Source of the DNA: Kinneretia aquatilis
GTDB taxonomy: Bacteria; Pseudomonadota; Gammaproteobacteria; Burkholderiales; Burkholderiaceae_C
Assembly: GCF_002885975.1 (NCBI RefSeq)
Contig: NZ_POSP01000003.1
Location: 1,770,440-1,834,439, forward strand
Direction: 5' to 3'
Length of the DNA: 64,000 nucleotides
A program made the position numbers and the translations under genes. Below are positions 1 to 12,228 of the stretch, in pieces (position 1 is the first letter of the stretch; each line of letters opens with the position of its first letter). The notes below the pieces were generated by a model. The model ran no database searches. It was given only the letters and a program-made list of their open reading frames with translations, and was not told the origin of the DNA.

Positions 1-489
1 GCCTGCACCGTGGCCGTGATGCCCGAGCCCGACGAGGCCGAGGAAGTGACGCTGAACCCGGCCGAGCTGCGCATCGACACCTTCCGCGCCAGCGGCGCCG
101 GCGGCCAGCATGTCAACAAGACCGACTCGGCCATCCGCATCACCCACCTGCCCACCGGCCTGGTGGCCGAATGCCAGGATGACCGCAGCCAACATCGCAA
201 CAAGGCCAAGGCCATGGCCGTGCTGGCCGCCCGCCTGCGCGACAAGGACAAGAACGAACGCGCTGCCAAGGAAGCTGCCACACGCAAGGGCCTGATCGGC
301 AGCGGCGACCGCAGCGACCGCATCCGCACCTACAACTTCCCACAAGGCCGACTGACCGACCACCGCATCAATCTGACGCTGTACAAGCTCGGCGCCATCA
401 TGGACGGCGACCTCGACGATGTGGCCGCCGGCCTGCAAGCGGCCCAGGCGGCCGAACAGCTGGCCCTGCTGGAGGAGGGCCGGGCATGA
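1..489 (+). CDS. prfA: peptide chain release factor 1, C-terminal part (5' end lies outside the window)
   Basis: ORF 10..489 translation carries the GGQ peptidyl-hydrolase motif ([25 protein letters not shown]) and the RF-1 C-terminal region; the frame is open to the window edge; prmC follows with a 4-nt overlap as in the conserved prfA-prmC pair. Confidence 0.9.
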   Translation, partial: ACTVAVMPEPDEAEEVTLNPAELRIDTFRASGAGGQHVNKTDSAIRITHLPTGLVAECQDDRSQHRNKAKAMAVLAARLRDKDKNERAAKEAATRKGLIGSGDRSDRIRTYNFPQGRLTDHRINLTLYKLGAIMDGDLDDVAAGLQAAQAAEQLALLEEGRA

Positions 490-1322
490 GCCTGAACCCG
501 CCCACCGACGTCAAAACCGCCCTGGCCCTGGCGCGCCAGTTGGACCTGGAGCGGGGTGATGCCCAGACCTTGCTGGCCGAGCGCCTGCAGCAAAGCCGCG
601 CCTGGCTGATCAGCCACGACGACGAGGCCCTGAGCCCCGCCCTGGCCGCCCAGCTGGCGAGTGAGATGCAGCAGATGGCCGAGGGCCTGCCCCTGGCCTA
701 TGTGCTGGGCGAAAAAGAATTCCACGGCCTGCGTCTGCGCCTCAGCCGCGACACCTTGATCCCGCGCGCCGACACCGAGACCCTGGTCGACTGGGCACTT
801 GAATTGCTGCCCGGCCTGGGCGCCGCGCCGCGCGTGGTGGACCTGGGTACCGGCAGCGGCGCCATTGCCCTGGCGATCAAGGCCGGCCATCCGGCGGCCG
901 AGCTGAGCGCCGTGGACCTGAGCGCCGGGGCGCTTGAGGTGGCGCGCGGCAATGCCGCGTGTCTGGGCTTGGCGGTGGAGTTTTTGCAAGGCAGCTGGTG
1001 GAACCCACTGCGCGACCGCAGCTTCGAGCTGATCGTCAGCAACCCGCCCTATATCGCCGGCCAGGACCCGCATCTGCCCGCCCTGCGCCACGAGCCGCTG
1101 AGCGCCCTCACCCCGGGCGGCGACGGCCTGAGCGACCTGATGGCCTTGATCGAAGGTGCACCGGCCCACCTGAGCCCAGGCGGCTGGCTGCTGCTGGAGC
1201 ATGGCTACGACCAGGCCGAGCCGGTGGCCCTGGCGCTGGAATGCCGCGGTTTTGTCGAAGTCAGCCTGCGTCGCGACCTGGGCGGCCAGCCGCGCGTCAG
1301 CGGTGGTCGCTGGCCTGGCTGA
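486..1322 (+). CDS. prmC: release factor glutamine N5-methyltransferase (HemK/PrmC)
   Basis: SAM-methyltransferase fold with GTGSGAI and the NPPY motif (IVSNPPYIA); ATGA overlap with the prfA stop. Confidence 0.9.
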   Translation: MSLNPPTDVKTALALARQLDLERGDAQTLLAERLQQSRAWLISHDDEALSPALAAQLASEMQQMAEGLPLAYVLGEKEFHGLRLRLSRDTLIPRADTETLVDWALELLPGLGAAPRVVDLGTGSGAIALAIKAGHPAAELSAVDLSAGALEVARGNAACLGLAVEFLQGSWWNPLRDRSFELIVSNPPYIAGQDPHLPALRHEPLSALTPGGDGLSDLMALIEGAPAHLSPGGWLLLEHGYDQAEPVALALECRGFVEVSLRRDLGGQPRVSGGRWPG

Positions 1323-1435
1323 TTCACACCACACAAAGTTTCATTTGCCGGGTTATTGCTGGCAATTTGACATGTCGCTTGTCCGCGGCAAGCAGTAGCA
1401 TGGGTTCCAAACCCCAACCGCTCTGGGAGACCGCC

Positions 1436-2035
1436 ATGTTCCACGCCCGCATCATGCGCCCGATCCTTGCCCTTCAGCTGGGCCTGGCTTACGCCTTGGC
1501 CGGCGCGACCAACCCCGCTCTGGCGCTGGATGGCAATGGCTTGCAGCTGGAGACCAGCCCCTGGCAGGCTCGGGTGCAGCTGAGCAGCCTGGAAGGCCGT
1601 GGCGCCCGTTTGCTGAGCGCCAATCTGCTGGGCGACTACTACCTGACCGGCTCGGGCCTGGGTGGCTTCAGCGGCGGCCTGCGCGCCACTGGCGGCATGT
1701 TGATGGGCGCGCCCAGCGCGTCCTTGAGCAGCGCCGGCTTGGCATTGAACCGCGATTTCCGGCAACGTCTGGCCGTAGGTCAGCGCAGCCTTAGCATGAT
1801 GGTGCCCGAGGCCGGCATGGGAGATGCCGGTGCGTCGCTGTCTTACTTGGGCATCGGCTACAGCGGCCAGTCCTTGCGCGGCGGCTGGGGCTTCAGCGCG
1901 GACCTGGGTCTGGTCAGCTCCCTGTCGCTGGGGGGCTTGCGTTTGGGGGCGAGCCGCAACAGCGGCGCCGAAGACCTGCTGCGTGATTTGCGCCTCAAAC
2001 CCGTACTGCAGCTCGGGCTGTCCTACAGCTATTGA
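1436..2035 (+). CDS. hypothetical Gly-rich secreted/outer-membrane beta-barrel-like protein
   Basis: Internal ATG at 1436 of ORF 959..2035 gives MFHARIMRPILALQLGLAYALAGA, a typical signal peptide with an AxA site. The mature part is Gly/Ser/Leu-rich with alternating hydrophobics and ends in an aromatic C-terminus (LSYSY). The upstream 160 codons of the ORF are Pro/Arg-rich junk overlapping prmC. Confidence 0.5.
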   Translation: MFHARIMRPILALQLGLAYALAGATNPALALDGNGLQLETSPWQARVQLSSLEGRGARLLSANLLGDYYLTGSGLGGFSGGLRATGGMLMGAPSASLSSAGLALNRDFRQRLAVGQRSLSMMVPEAGMGDAGASLSYLGIGYSGQSLRGGWGFSADLGLVSSLSLGGLRLGASRNSGAEDLLRDLRLKPVLQLGLSYSY

Positions 2036-2096
2036 GTCGGCCTTCGACGGCCTGGCCGATAATTGCCCCAGTTTTTCACTTTGGGGCAAGAAGACA

Positions 2097-2411
2097 ATGA
2101 ACGACGTTCAACAGCGCATCGACGATCTGGTCAAGAACAACCGCGTGGTGCTGTTCATGAAGGGCACGGCCCAGTTCCCCATGTGCGGCTTCTCCGGCCG
2201 CGCCATCCAGATCCTCAAGGCCTGCGGCGCCAGCGATCTGAAGACCTTCAATGTGCTGGAAGACGAAGGCGTGCGCCAGGGCATCAAGGAATACGCCAAC
2301 TGGCCCACCATCCCGCAGCTCTACATCAAGGGCGAATTCGTCGGCGGCTCGGACATCATGATGGAGATGTACGAAGCCGGCGAGCTGCAAGCCCTGCTGG
2401 GCGCTGAGTAA
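2097..2411 (+). CDS. grxD: Grx4-family monothiol glutaredoxin
   Basis: CGFS active site (FPMCGFSGRA) and conserved WPTIPQLYI motif; true start is the ATG at 2097 (MNDVQQRIDDLV) inside ORF 1824..2411. Confidence 0.9.
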   Translation: MNDVQQRIDDLVKNNRVVLFMKGTAQFPMCGFSGRAIQILKACGASDLKTFNVLEDEGVRQGIKEYANWPTIPQLYIKGEFVGGSDIMMEMYEAGELQALLGAE

Positions 2412-2446
2412 GCACGCGCCCCGCTTCTGCGCCTGCCCTTCCTCTC

Positions 2447-3016
2447 ATGACACAACGACTGGTCGTCGGCATCACCGGCGCCACTGGCGCTGCCTACGCG
2501 CTGCGCCTGCTGCGGCGCGGCCGCGAGCTGGGCCTGGAAACGCATCTGATCGTCACGCCCTCGGGCGTGCTCAATGCCCACCATGAGTTGGGCCTGGATC
2601 GCAAGGCGCTGGAGGCTGAGGCGTCTTACGCCCATGCGCCCGGCGATGTCGGCGCCTGCGTGGCCAGCGGCAGCTTTGCCACGGCGGCCATGGTGATCGC
2701 ACCCTGCTCGATGAAGACGCTGGCCTCGGTGGCCCACGGCTTCGGCGACAACCTGCTGACCCGGGCGGCCGATGTCACGCTGAAAGAGCGACGCCGCCTG
2801 ATTTTGATGGTGCGCGAAACGCCTTTCAACCTGGCCCATCTGCGCAATATGGTGGCTGCCACCGAGATGGGTGCCATCGTCTTTCCGCCGCTGCCGGCTT
2901 TCTACCACCACCCGCAAAGCATCGAGGAACTGGTCAACGAAAGCGCAGAACGGGTGCTGGAACTGGCCGGCGTCGCCGGCGCCGAACCCAAGCGCTGGGC
3001 CGGCCTCAAGCCCTGA
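2447..3016 (+). CDS. ubiX: flavin prenyltransferase UbiX
   Basis: 189 aa, N-terminal GITGATGAAYALRLL flavoprotein motif, UbiX/Pad1 family length and conservation. Confidence 0.85.
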   Translation: MTQRLVVGITGATGAAYALRLLRRGRELGLETHLIVTPSGVLNAHHELGLDRKALEAEASYAHAPGDVGACVASGSFATAAMVIAPCSMKTLASVAHGFGDNLLTRAADVTLKERRRLILMVRETPFNLAHLRNMVAATEMGAIVFPPLPAFYHHPQSIEELVNESAERVLELAGVAGAEPKRWAGLKP

Positions 3017-3049
3017 GCCGCGACCCCTGAGCAGAGCGCCGTCAGCGGC

Positions 3050-3706
3050 TCAGACCTCACCCGGCATCAGCCACTGCTTGCGTGCGGCGAACACCGCGCG
3101 CGGATACTCGGGCCGGCCACGGCTACCGTTGTAGCGGCCCAAGGCGAGGTAGAGATCGCCCTGCTCCCGGTCGAGGTAGTGGCGCAGGATCACGCAGCCA
3201 AAACGCAGATTGGTTTGCATATGAAACAGCCGTGAGGCTTGCCCATCACCGATCAGCTTGGCCCAGAAAGGCATCACCTGCATATAGCCGCGCGCGCCGG
3301 CAATGCTGATCGCGTACTTGCGAAACCCGCTTTCCACCTGCACCAGGCCCAGCACCAGGCTGGGCTCCAGGCCGGCCCGTTTGGACTCGTACCAGAGCGT
3401 CTCCAGAAATTCGATGCGGATCTGCGCCTCGCTCTTGCGCTTCTTGAGCTTCTCGCTCATCGCGCCCAGCCAGCGCAGATAGGCCAGGCGTTCGTCGATC
3501 TGATCGAAACGCGGGCGCGGGGGGGCACTGTTGGCGACCGAAGCCGCCAGGGCCGTGCGCACTGCATCGGCCAAGGGCTCTTCGACCTGCGCACCCGCGC
3601 AAGCAGTGCGAGGCAGGCACAGCAGCAAACCGGCGGCGGACAGCATCAGGCTGCGTCGGCCGGGCGTGAGCGGTGTGCCGGATGAGTTCATGGCGTGAAA
3701 GTTCAA
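3050..3706 (-). CDS. lytic transglycosylase, SLT-domain protein with signal peptide
   Basis: SLT motif block ESGFRKYAISIAGARGYMQVMP; N-terminal hydrophobic signal segment. Confidence 0.8.
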   Translation of the reverse strand: MNFHAMNSSGTPLTPGRRSLMLSAAGLLLCLPRTACAGAQVEEPLADAVRTALAASVANSAPPRPRFDQIDERLAYLRWLGAMSEKLKKRKSEAQIRIEFLETLWYESKRAGLEPSLVLGLVQVESGFRKYAISIAGARGYMQVMPFWAKLIGDGQASRLFHMQTNLRFGCVILRHYLDREQGDLYLALGRYNGSRGRPEYPRAVFAARKQWLMPGEV

Positions 3707-3725
3707 GGCGAAAGAGAGTTTGAAA

Positions 3726-4895
3726 TCAAGCCGAGCCCAGCCAGGTTTCCAAAGGCAAGCGCCGACGTGGCCCCAGCCTCCGGGCCAGAATCATCCAGCC
3801 AGCCCAGTACAGCAAGCTCGCCACCAACAACGCCAGCGTCCCCAAGGGCAGAGCCCAGCCCGCACCGCTGAGGCAGGCCAGGCTCAGCAGCGAGCTGCCG
3901 AGATAGAGGCTCAAGGTGTGGCGCCCAGCCGGTGCTAGCACGATCAGCCAGCGCTGGCCATGCAGCAGCAGCCAAGGCACCAGGCCAATCGGCATGAGCA
4001 CAGCGACAAACAGGGACAGCAGGCCGTAGATCGCATCCAGCTGATGGTTCTGATCACACAAAGCCTGAGACCAAGCCCAGCCAAAAATCGCATTGAACAG
4101 CAAGCCGGGCAGGAGCCAACGCTCGGCCCAGCGCTTGAGCAAGGGGCGCCAGCGCGCATGGGTGAAGAGCTGCAGGCGGCCCGCCATCAGCCCTGCCAGC
4201 ATCCAGGCCACGAACAAGGGCAGACCCTGCAGCACGAAACCCAGCTGCATCAGCAGGTAATGGCCCGCGTTGAGCGCCCACCAGTCTGCCCATGAGGCGG
4301 GCGCAGCCAGCGAGCGCGGGGCCTCGGGCGCAAACGAACTGTGGTCGAACACGAGCCAGAATAGGCTGGGCATCAGGAGCAGCGCCGCAACACCGGCCCA
4401 CACCCAGATGCGCCGGCGCAGCTGGCGCAAGCGCATCGTGGGCCCACGCAGCATCAGCACGCCGCACAGGGCATAGGCCGTCAGGATGTCGCCGGAATAC
4501 ACGAGCAGGCCATGAGCCAGGCCGATCCACAAGAGCCGGCGCATGCGCCGGCTGCGATGCCCATCCGGCTCCGCACACGAAGCAGCATGCCGACCCCGCT
4601 CACGAAAGGAAACTGCCTGGCTGTAACCGAACAGAAAGCTCAGCAGGGCCAGCCCCTTGCCGGCCAGCAAGGTAGCCACCAACGCCAGCACGGCCTGAGC
4701 GACCAGGGAGTCTGCCGGCTTCGGTGCCGCCAGGGGGCCACCGTCCGGCAGCGCCGCATAACCGATCCAGTTGACGGCAATCACCGGCAGCAGGGCCAGC
4801 GCCCGCAAGCCATCGAGGGGCGCGTGGCGCTGCGGCACCTGAATGCCCGTCGGCACGCCCGGAGGCGGCGCGGCAGGCAGCGCCGCGAGGGTCAC
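3726..4895 (-). CDS. DUF418-family (YeiB-like) polytopic membrane protein
   Basis: 389 aa with 8 or more hydrophobic segments; N-terminal [16 protein letters not shown] motif typical of the DUF418/acyltransferase_3-like family. Confidence 0.6.
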   Translation of the reverse strand: MTLAALPAAPPPGVPTGIQVPQRHAPLDGLRALALLPVIAVNWIGYAALPDGGPLAAPKPADSLVAQAVLALVATLLAGKGLALLSFLFGYSQAVSFRERGRHAASCAEPDGHRSRRMRRLLWIGLAHGLLVYSGDILTAYALCGVLMLRGPTMRLRQLRRRIWVWAGVAALLLMPSLFWLVFDHSSFAPEAPRSLAAPASWADWWALNAGHYLLMQLGFVLQGLPLFVAWMLAGLMAGRLQLFTHARWRPLLKRWAERWLLPGLLFNAIFGWAWSQALCDQNHQLDAIYGLLSLFVAVLMPIGLVPWLLLHGQRWLIVLAPAGRHTLSLYLGSSLLSLACLSGAGWALPLGTLALLVASLLYWAGWMILARRLGPRRRLPLETWLGSA

Positions 4896-6634
4896 GCCGT
4901 CTTGGGCGTGAGCAAGTCCAGCACCTCGGCCAGGCTCAGCTTGCGGGCCTCGGCGTCACGGCGGCCCTGGTACTCGACCAGGCCTTCCTTGAGACCGCGG
5001 TCCGAGATCACCACGCGGTGCGGCACGCCGACCAGCTCCCAATCGGCAAACATGGCGCCCGGGCGCTCGCCGCGGTCGTCCAGCAGCACGTCCACGCCGA
5101 GGGCCAGCAGGTCCTCGTGCAGCTTGTGGGCGGCGGCCTTGACCTCTTCGCTGCGGTCCATGCCGATGGGGCAGACCACCACGCGGAATGGGGCGATGGA
5201 CTCGGGCCAGATGATGCCGCGATCGTCGTGGTTCTGCTCGATGGCAGCGCCAAGGATGCGCGTCACGCCAATGCCGTAGCAGCCCATCACCATCAGCTGC
5301 GGCTTGCCGTTTTCGTCCAGATAGGTGGCCTTCATATCGGCCGAGTACTTGGTGCCGAGCAGGAAGACATGGCCGACCTCAATGCCGCGCTGGATGGCGA
5401 GCACGCCCTGGCCGTCCGGCGAGGGGTCACCGGCCACCACATTGCGGATGTCGGCCACCAGGTCCGGCTCGGGCAGGTCGCGGCCCCAGTTGGCGCCGGT
5501 GTAGTGGAAATCGGCCTCGTTGGCGCCGCAGACGAAATCGCTCATCAGCGCGACCGTGCGATCAGCCACCACCTTGACCGGCTTGAGCAGCTGGATCGGG
5601 CCCAGATAGCCCGGCTTGCTGCCGAAATGGGCCTCGATCTCGCTGACGGTGGCGAAGCGGAAACCGGCCTTCAGGCCCGGCAGCTTGCCGACCTTGACCT
5701 CGTTCATCTCGTGATCGCCGCGCAGCAGCAGCAGCCAGACGGTGGTCTTGACGACCTCGCCTTGCTCGTTCAGCTCGTCAGCCGCCAGCACGATGGACTT
5801 GACCGTTTGCGTCAGCGGCAGGCCCAGCAGGGCAGCCACGTCTTCGCAGGTGCTCTTGCCCGGGGTCGCTGTCTTGCTCAAGGCCTGGCTGGCGGCGGCG
5901 CGCTCGGCCAGCAGCGGCAGGGCTTCGGCCAGCTCGATATTGGCAGCGTACTCGCTGCTCGGGCAGTAAACGATAGCGTCTTCGCCGGTGTCGGCGATGA
6001 CCTGGAACTCATGCGAGGCCTCGCCGCCGATGGCGCCGGTGTCCGCGGCCACGGCACGGAACTGCAGGCCGAAGCGCTCGAAGATGCGCTGGTAGGCCGC
6101 GTACATGTTCTGGTAGCTGACGGTGGCGGTGGCCACATCACGGTCGAAGGAGTAGGCGTCCTTCATGGTGAACTCACGGCCGCGCATGATGCCGAAGCGC
6201 GGGCGGCGCTCGTCGCGGAACTTGGTCTGGATGTGGAAGAAGTTCTTGGGCAGCTGCTTGTAGCTGCGCAGCTCCTGGCGGGCGATGTCGGTCATCACCT
6301 CTTCCGAGGTCGGCTGGATGATGAAGTCGCGGCCATGGCGGTCTTTCACGCGCATCAGCTCCGGGCCCATCTTGTCGAAGCGGCCAGTTTCCTGCCAGAG
6401 CTCGGCCGGCTGCACCACTGGCATCAGCAGCTCCACCGCGCCAGCGCGCACCATTTCCTCGCGGATGATGGCCTCGACCTTGCGGATCACCCGCAAGCCC
6501 ATGGGCATGTAGTTGTAAATGCCGGCGCCCAGACGCTTGATCATGCCGGCGCGCATCATCAGCTTGTGGCTGACAACCTCGGCGTCGGCCGGTGCTTCCT
6601 TGAGGGTGGAGACGAAAAACTGACTGGCTTTCAT
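4892..6634 (-). CDS. proS: proline--tRNA ligase
   Basis: Class II aaRS motifs, N-terminus [32 protein letters not shown] typical of bacterial ProS; start set at the internal ATG (6634), 44 codons inside ORF 4892..6766; product 580 aa. Confidence 0.92.
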   Translation of the reverse strand: MKASQFFVSTLKEAPADAEVVSHKLMMRAGMIKRLGAGIYNYMPMGLRVIRKVEAIIREEMVRAGAVELLMPVVQPAELWQETGRFDKMGPELMRVKDRHGRDFIIQPTSEEVMTDIARQELRSYKQLPKNFFHIQTKFRDERRPRFGIMRGREFTMKDAYSFDRDVATATVSYQNMYAAYQRIFERFGLQFRAVAADTGAIGGEASHEFQVIADTGEDAIVYCPSSEYAANIELAEALPLLAERAAASQALSKTATPGKSTCEDVAALLGLPLTQTVKSIVLAADELNEQGEVVKTTVWLLLLRGDHEMNEVKVGKLPGLKAGFRFATVSEIEAHFGSKPGYLGPIQLLKPVKVVADRTVALMSDFVCGANEADFHYTGANWGRDLPEPDLVADIRNVVAGDPSPDGQGVLAIQRGIEVGHVFLLGTKYSADMKATYLDENGKPQLMVMGCYGIGVTRILGAAIEQNHDDRGIIWPESIAPFRVVVCPIGMDRSEEVKAAAHKLHEDLLALGVDVLLDDRGERPGAMFADWELVGVPHRVVISDRGLKEGLVEYQGRRDAEARKLSLAEVLDLLTPKTA

Positions 6635-6798
6635 GGCGGCGGCGGGGCTGGGCCACAAGGGCCAAACCGGATTCAAAAGTGGATGGAAACGCGCGCGGAC
6701 CGCGCGGGTCGACTCGCAGCTGGCTTGCGGGTTAGACAGTGATGCCAAGGCGGCACCGCAATGCAATAATCAAACCAACTATAGATTCGAGGTTGATT

Positions 6799-7467
6799 AT
6801 GCTCGACCGTGAAGGGTTCCGCCCCAACGTCGGCATCATCCTGCTCAACCACAGGAATGAAGTGTTCTGGGGCAAGCGCATTCGCACCCATTCCTGGCAG
6901 TTCCCGCAAGGGGGCATCAATTATGGCGAAACGCCTGAGCAGGCGATGTACCGTGAGCTCCACGAGGAAGTGGGGCTCGTTCCCGAGCATGTGCGCATCA
7001 TTGCGCGCACACGCGACTGGCTGCGCTATGAGGTGCCCGATCACTTCATCCGGCGCGATGCGCGCGGGCATTACCGCGGTCAGAAACAAATCTGGTTCCT
7101 GCTGCAGCTGCTCGGCCGCGATTCCGACATGAATCTGCGTGCCACCAACCACCCGGAGTTCGACGCCTGGCGCTGGAACGAATACTGGGTGCCGCTGGAT
7201 GCCGTGATCGAGTTCAAGCGCGGGGTTTACGAGAACGCACTGACCGAACTGGCCCGCTACCTGCCGCGCATCAACCACCACAACCGCTACCTGCGCTCGG
7301 GCATGCGCCCGCAGCATGGCCGCCAGGAAGGCCCGACGGGCGAGGGTCATGCCGAGGAGCGCCCCGGCGGCGCGGACTCGCGCACGCGCGCGGCGCCCAC
7401 CTCGGCTTCGCCGGCCGGCCCCCACCCTTCTGCGGACACGCAAGGCCAGGAAGCCCAGCCGGACTGA
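6799..7467 (+). CDS. rppH: RNA pyrophosphohydrolase (Nudix)
   Basis: Nudix box [23 protein letters not shown]; start at ATG 6799 ([17 protein letters not shown]), canonical RppH N-terminus; Gln/Pro/Arg-rich C-terminal tail. Confidence 0.88.
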   Translation: MLDREGFRPNVGIILLNHRNEVFWGKRIRTHSWQFPQGGINYGETPEQAMYRELHEEVGLVPEHVRIIARTRDWLRYEVPDHFIRRDARGHYRGQKQIWFLLQLLGRDSDMNLRATNHPEFDAWRWNEYWVPLDAVIEFKRGVYENALTELARYLPRINHHNRYLRSGMRPQHGRQEGPTGEGHAEERPGGADSRTRAAPTSASPAGPHPSADTQGQEAQPD

Positions 7468-7592
7468 GCCCACGGCGCTCAGTTGCTCGAGCGATCAAGC
7501 GGCGCCATGCAAACGCCGGCTTGAAAAAAGCCTGCCCGACCTTTCAGTCGCCGCAGGCTTTTCTTTTGAAGTGTGAACTCGACGCAGTCGAC

Positions 7593-9880
<2,288 letters not shown>

Positions 9881-9911
9881 TCAAAAAGCAAAAGCCCCGG
9901 CAAGCCGGGGC
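9881..9911 (-). terminator. intrinsic terminator/attenuator between rpmA and obg
   Basis: On the minus strand, hairpin AAGCCCCGG-CTT-GCCGGGGCTT followed by TTTGCTTTTTGA; a second hairpin CTGCAT-N5-ATGCAG lies just downstream (9861-9880). Confidence 0.45.
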
Positions 9912-9980
9912 TTTGGGCAACGGGTGGCCGGCTGCTGCCCTCCACCCGCGCTGTGCTTCGATGTGCTCGTTCGGAAACGA

Positions 9981-10238
9981 TCAGACCGGAGTCACGAACA
10001 CCGTCTGACGGCTGTTCTCACCCTTGATGGCGAACGACACTTGGCCGTCGACCAGCGCGAACAGCGTGTGGTCCTTGCCGATACCGACATTGGTGCCGGG
10101 ATGGAACTTGGTACCGCGCTGACGCACGATGATGGAACCTGCAGAGATGGTCTGGCCGCCGAAGGCCTTCACACCGAGCATCTTGGGTTTGGAGTCGCGG
10201 CCGTTCCGTGTGGAACCGCCGCCCTTTTTCTGTGCCAT
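9981..10238 (-). CDS. rpmA: 50S ribosomal protein L27
   Basis: 85 aa, [17 protein letters not shown]-terminus. Confidence 0.95.
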   Translation of the reverse strand: MAQKKGGGSTRNGRDSKPKMLGVKAFGGQTISAGSIIVRQRGTKFHPGTNVGIGKDHTLFALVDGQVSFAIKGENSRQTVFVTPV

Positions 10239-10287
10239 GGATTAGCTCCTTGAACTGTTGGCGAAGAAGTTAGCGTTTGACCGCTGC

Positions 10288-10599
10288 TCAGCCGTTCACC
10301 GCGCTGATTTGCAGCTCGGTGTAAGTCTGGCGATGGCCTTGGCTCTTCTTGTAATGCTTACGACGACGCAGCTTGAAGATGCGCACTTTGTCGTGCTTAC
10401 CGTGGGCCACAACCGTGGCAGTGATGCTAGCGCCAGCAACCAAGGGAGTGCCAACCTTCAGTTCAGCGCCGTTGCCGACAGCCAAAATTTGGTCGATCAC
10501 AATCTCTTGGCCAACATCCGCAGCAATCTGTTCTACTTTGATCTTTTCGCCAGCCGCAACTTTGTATTGCTTGCCGCCGGTTTTTATGACCGCGTACAT
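10288..10599 (-). CDS. rplU: 50S ribosomal protein L21
   Basis: [15 protein letters not shown]-terminus; start at ATG 10599 inside ORF 10288..10677; 103 aa. Confidence 0.95.
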   Translation of the reverse strand: MYAVIKTGGKQYKVAAGEKIKVEQIAADVGQEIVIDQILAVGNGAELKVGTPLVAGASITATVVAHGKHDKVRIFKLRRRKHYKKSQGHRQTYTELQISAVNG

Positions 10600-10901
10600 A
10601 TCAGCCCTTTCAATTGAACCACCTGCGCTTGTTGCGCACCCCTTGCGGATTTCGGCAGGCCTCCAGAAGACACCCACCTCTCACGCACCAGCACAGGCCT
10701 AAGCTCTGCAGCAAGAACTGCGCAGAGCCCGCGAGTGTAGCACGGGGCAGCGCAGATCACAAGCGCCAAGCTCCCAGCGTTTCCTTGGCGACACCTCTGA
10801 CCTGCCTTCCATCGCACCAGCGCAGCAAGACTTGCACCTCCGGGCGAAAGGGCGGCAGCGCTGTTCCTATAATCGCAGCTTCGCCAAATTGAGAGCCGAG
10901 A

Positions 10902-11906
10902 GTGCACGCTGCGCCTGCTTCGTCCCCCTCCCCCAAGCCCGTGCTGAGCGAGGCCCTTGCCACGCTGAACGCCGAGATGCTCGAAGTCGACGCCGTCATC
11001 GGCCGCCGGCTTGGCTCTGACGTCGCGCTGATCAACCAGATCGCGGGTTACATCGTCCACGCCGGCGGCAAACGCATCCGCCCCAAGCTGGTGCTCTTGT
11101 TCGCCAATGCCCTCGGCTACGACAAGCCGGAGCGTTTCGAGCTGGCCGCCGTGATCGAATTCATCCACACCGCCACGCTGCTGCATGACGACGTGGTCGA
11201 TGAATCCTCGCTGCGCCGCGGCAAACAGACCGCCAACGCCCTGTTCGGCAACGCTGCCAGCGTCTTGGTCGGTGACTTCCTCTACTCGCGCGCCTTCCAG
11301 ATGATGGTGTCGGTGAACCGCATGCGCGTGCTGGAAGTGCTGGCGGAGGCGACCAATGTGATCGCCGAAGGCGAAGTGCTGCAGCTGATGAACATGCACG
11401 ACCCGGACATCACGGTCGACAGCTATCTGCGCGTGATTCGCTACAAGACCGCCAAGCTGTTCGAAGCCAGCGCCCGCCTCGGCGCCGTGCTGGCCGATGC
11501 CTCGCCCGTAGTGGAAGAAGCCTGCGCCGGCTACGGCCGCGCCCTGGGCACCGCTTTCCAACTGATCGACGATGTGCTGGACTACGAAGGTGACAGCCAG
11601 GCCCTGGGCAAAAACGTCGGCGACGACCTGCGCGAAGGCAAGACCACCCTGCCCTTGCTGATCGCCATGGAACGCGGCACGCCCGAGCAGCGCGCGCTGA
11701 TCCGCCATGCCATCGAGCATGGCGAGCTGGAGCGCCTGAGCGAGATCGTGGAAATCGTCCGCACAACCGGTGCGTTAGATGCCACCCGCGAAGCCGCTCG
11801 TGGCGAAGCCAAGCTGGCCCGAGATTGCCTGAATTTGTTGCCTGCTAGCAAATGGCAAGAATCTCTGCTAGAATTTGCGGCTCAGTCGGTTGAGCGGTCT
11901 TTTTAA
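10902..11906 (+). CDS. ispB: octaprenyl-diphosphate synthase (polyprenyl synthetase)
   Basis: Both Asp-rich motifs of trans-isoprenyl diphosphate synthases (LLHDDVVD and FQLIDDVLD); divergent from rplU as in many proteobacteria. Confidence 0.88.
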   Translation: MHAAPASSPSPKPVLSEALATLNAEMLEVDAVIGRRLGSDVALINQIAGYIVHAGGKRIRPKLVLLFANALGYDKPERFELAAVIEFIHTATLLHDDVVDESSLRRGKQTANALFGNAASVLVGDFLYSRAFQMMVSVNRMRVLEVLAEATNVIAEGEVLQLMNMHDPDITVDSYLRVIRYKTAKLFEASARLGAVLADASPVVEEACAGYGRALGTAFQLIDDVLDYEGDSQALGKNVGDDLREGKTTLPLLIAMERGTPEQRALIRHAIEHGELERLSEIVEIVRTTGALDATREAARGEAKLARDCLNLLPASKWQESLLEFAAQSVERSF

Positions 11907-11959
11907 ACCTCGTTTGAATAGCACCCGCGCAGAGCGGCAGAACAAGTCAAAAGACAAAT

Positions 11960-12036
11960 CGGGGTGTAGCTTAGCCTGGTAGAGCGCTACGTTCGGGACG
12001 TAGAGGCCGGAGGTTCGAATCCTCTCACCCCGACCA
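11960..12036 (+). tRNA. tRNA-Pro (anticodon CGG)
   Basis: 77-nt cloverleaf: acceptor CGGGGTG/CACCCCG, D-arm, anticodon stem CTACG/CGTAG with loop TTCGGGA (CGG, G37), T-arm GGAGG-TTCGAAT-CCTCT, discriminator A, encoded CCA. Confidence 0.9.
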
Positions 12037-12112
12037 GTTGATTCTTGTTCAAGTCGCTTTGACGACGTCCATCGGATTCCTCGCAATCCACGGCCACTGG
12101 CCCACACATCCG

Positions 12113-12136
12113 ACGCTGCATTCGCAGCGTTTTTTG
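12113..12136 (+). terminator. rho-independent terminator downstream of tRNA-Pro
   Basis: Hairpin ACGCTGC-ATTC-GCAGCGT followed by TTTTTTG. Confidence 0.6.
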
Positions 12137-12228
12137 TTTCCAGATCCCTTTTTTGTTTGCCTGCCTGCGCGTGCAACCGCGCACAGAGCCCGGGCATGCA
12201 CAAGACTGCACGCGCAGGCCACTTGCGA

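Noticed and set aside
959-1435. N-terminal 160 codons of ORF 959..2035
   Set aside because: Pro/Arg-rich, overlaps the 3' end of prmC in another frame; a clean signal peptide starts at the internal ATG 1436.
5018-6742. 574-aa plus-strand ORF antisense to proS, and similar long antisense ORFs elsewhere (7521..8816 versus proB, 8717..9481 versus obg, 10584..11720 versus ispB, 12157..13521 and 13735..14727 versus the Rad50-like gene, 16293..17393 versus recD, 19376..21055 and 21074..21862 versus recB, 21898..25143 versus recC, 25094..26668 versus NAT, 41084..43041 and 43185..45401 versus baseplate genes)
   Set aside because: Stop-codon-poor antisense frames are expected at ~68% GC. Their translations are Ala/Arg/Gly/Pro low-complexity with no motifs, and each is fully shadowed by a well-supported gene on the other strand.
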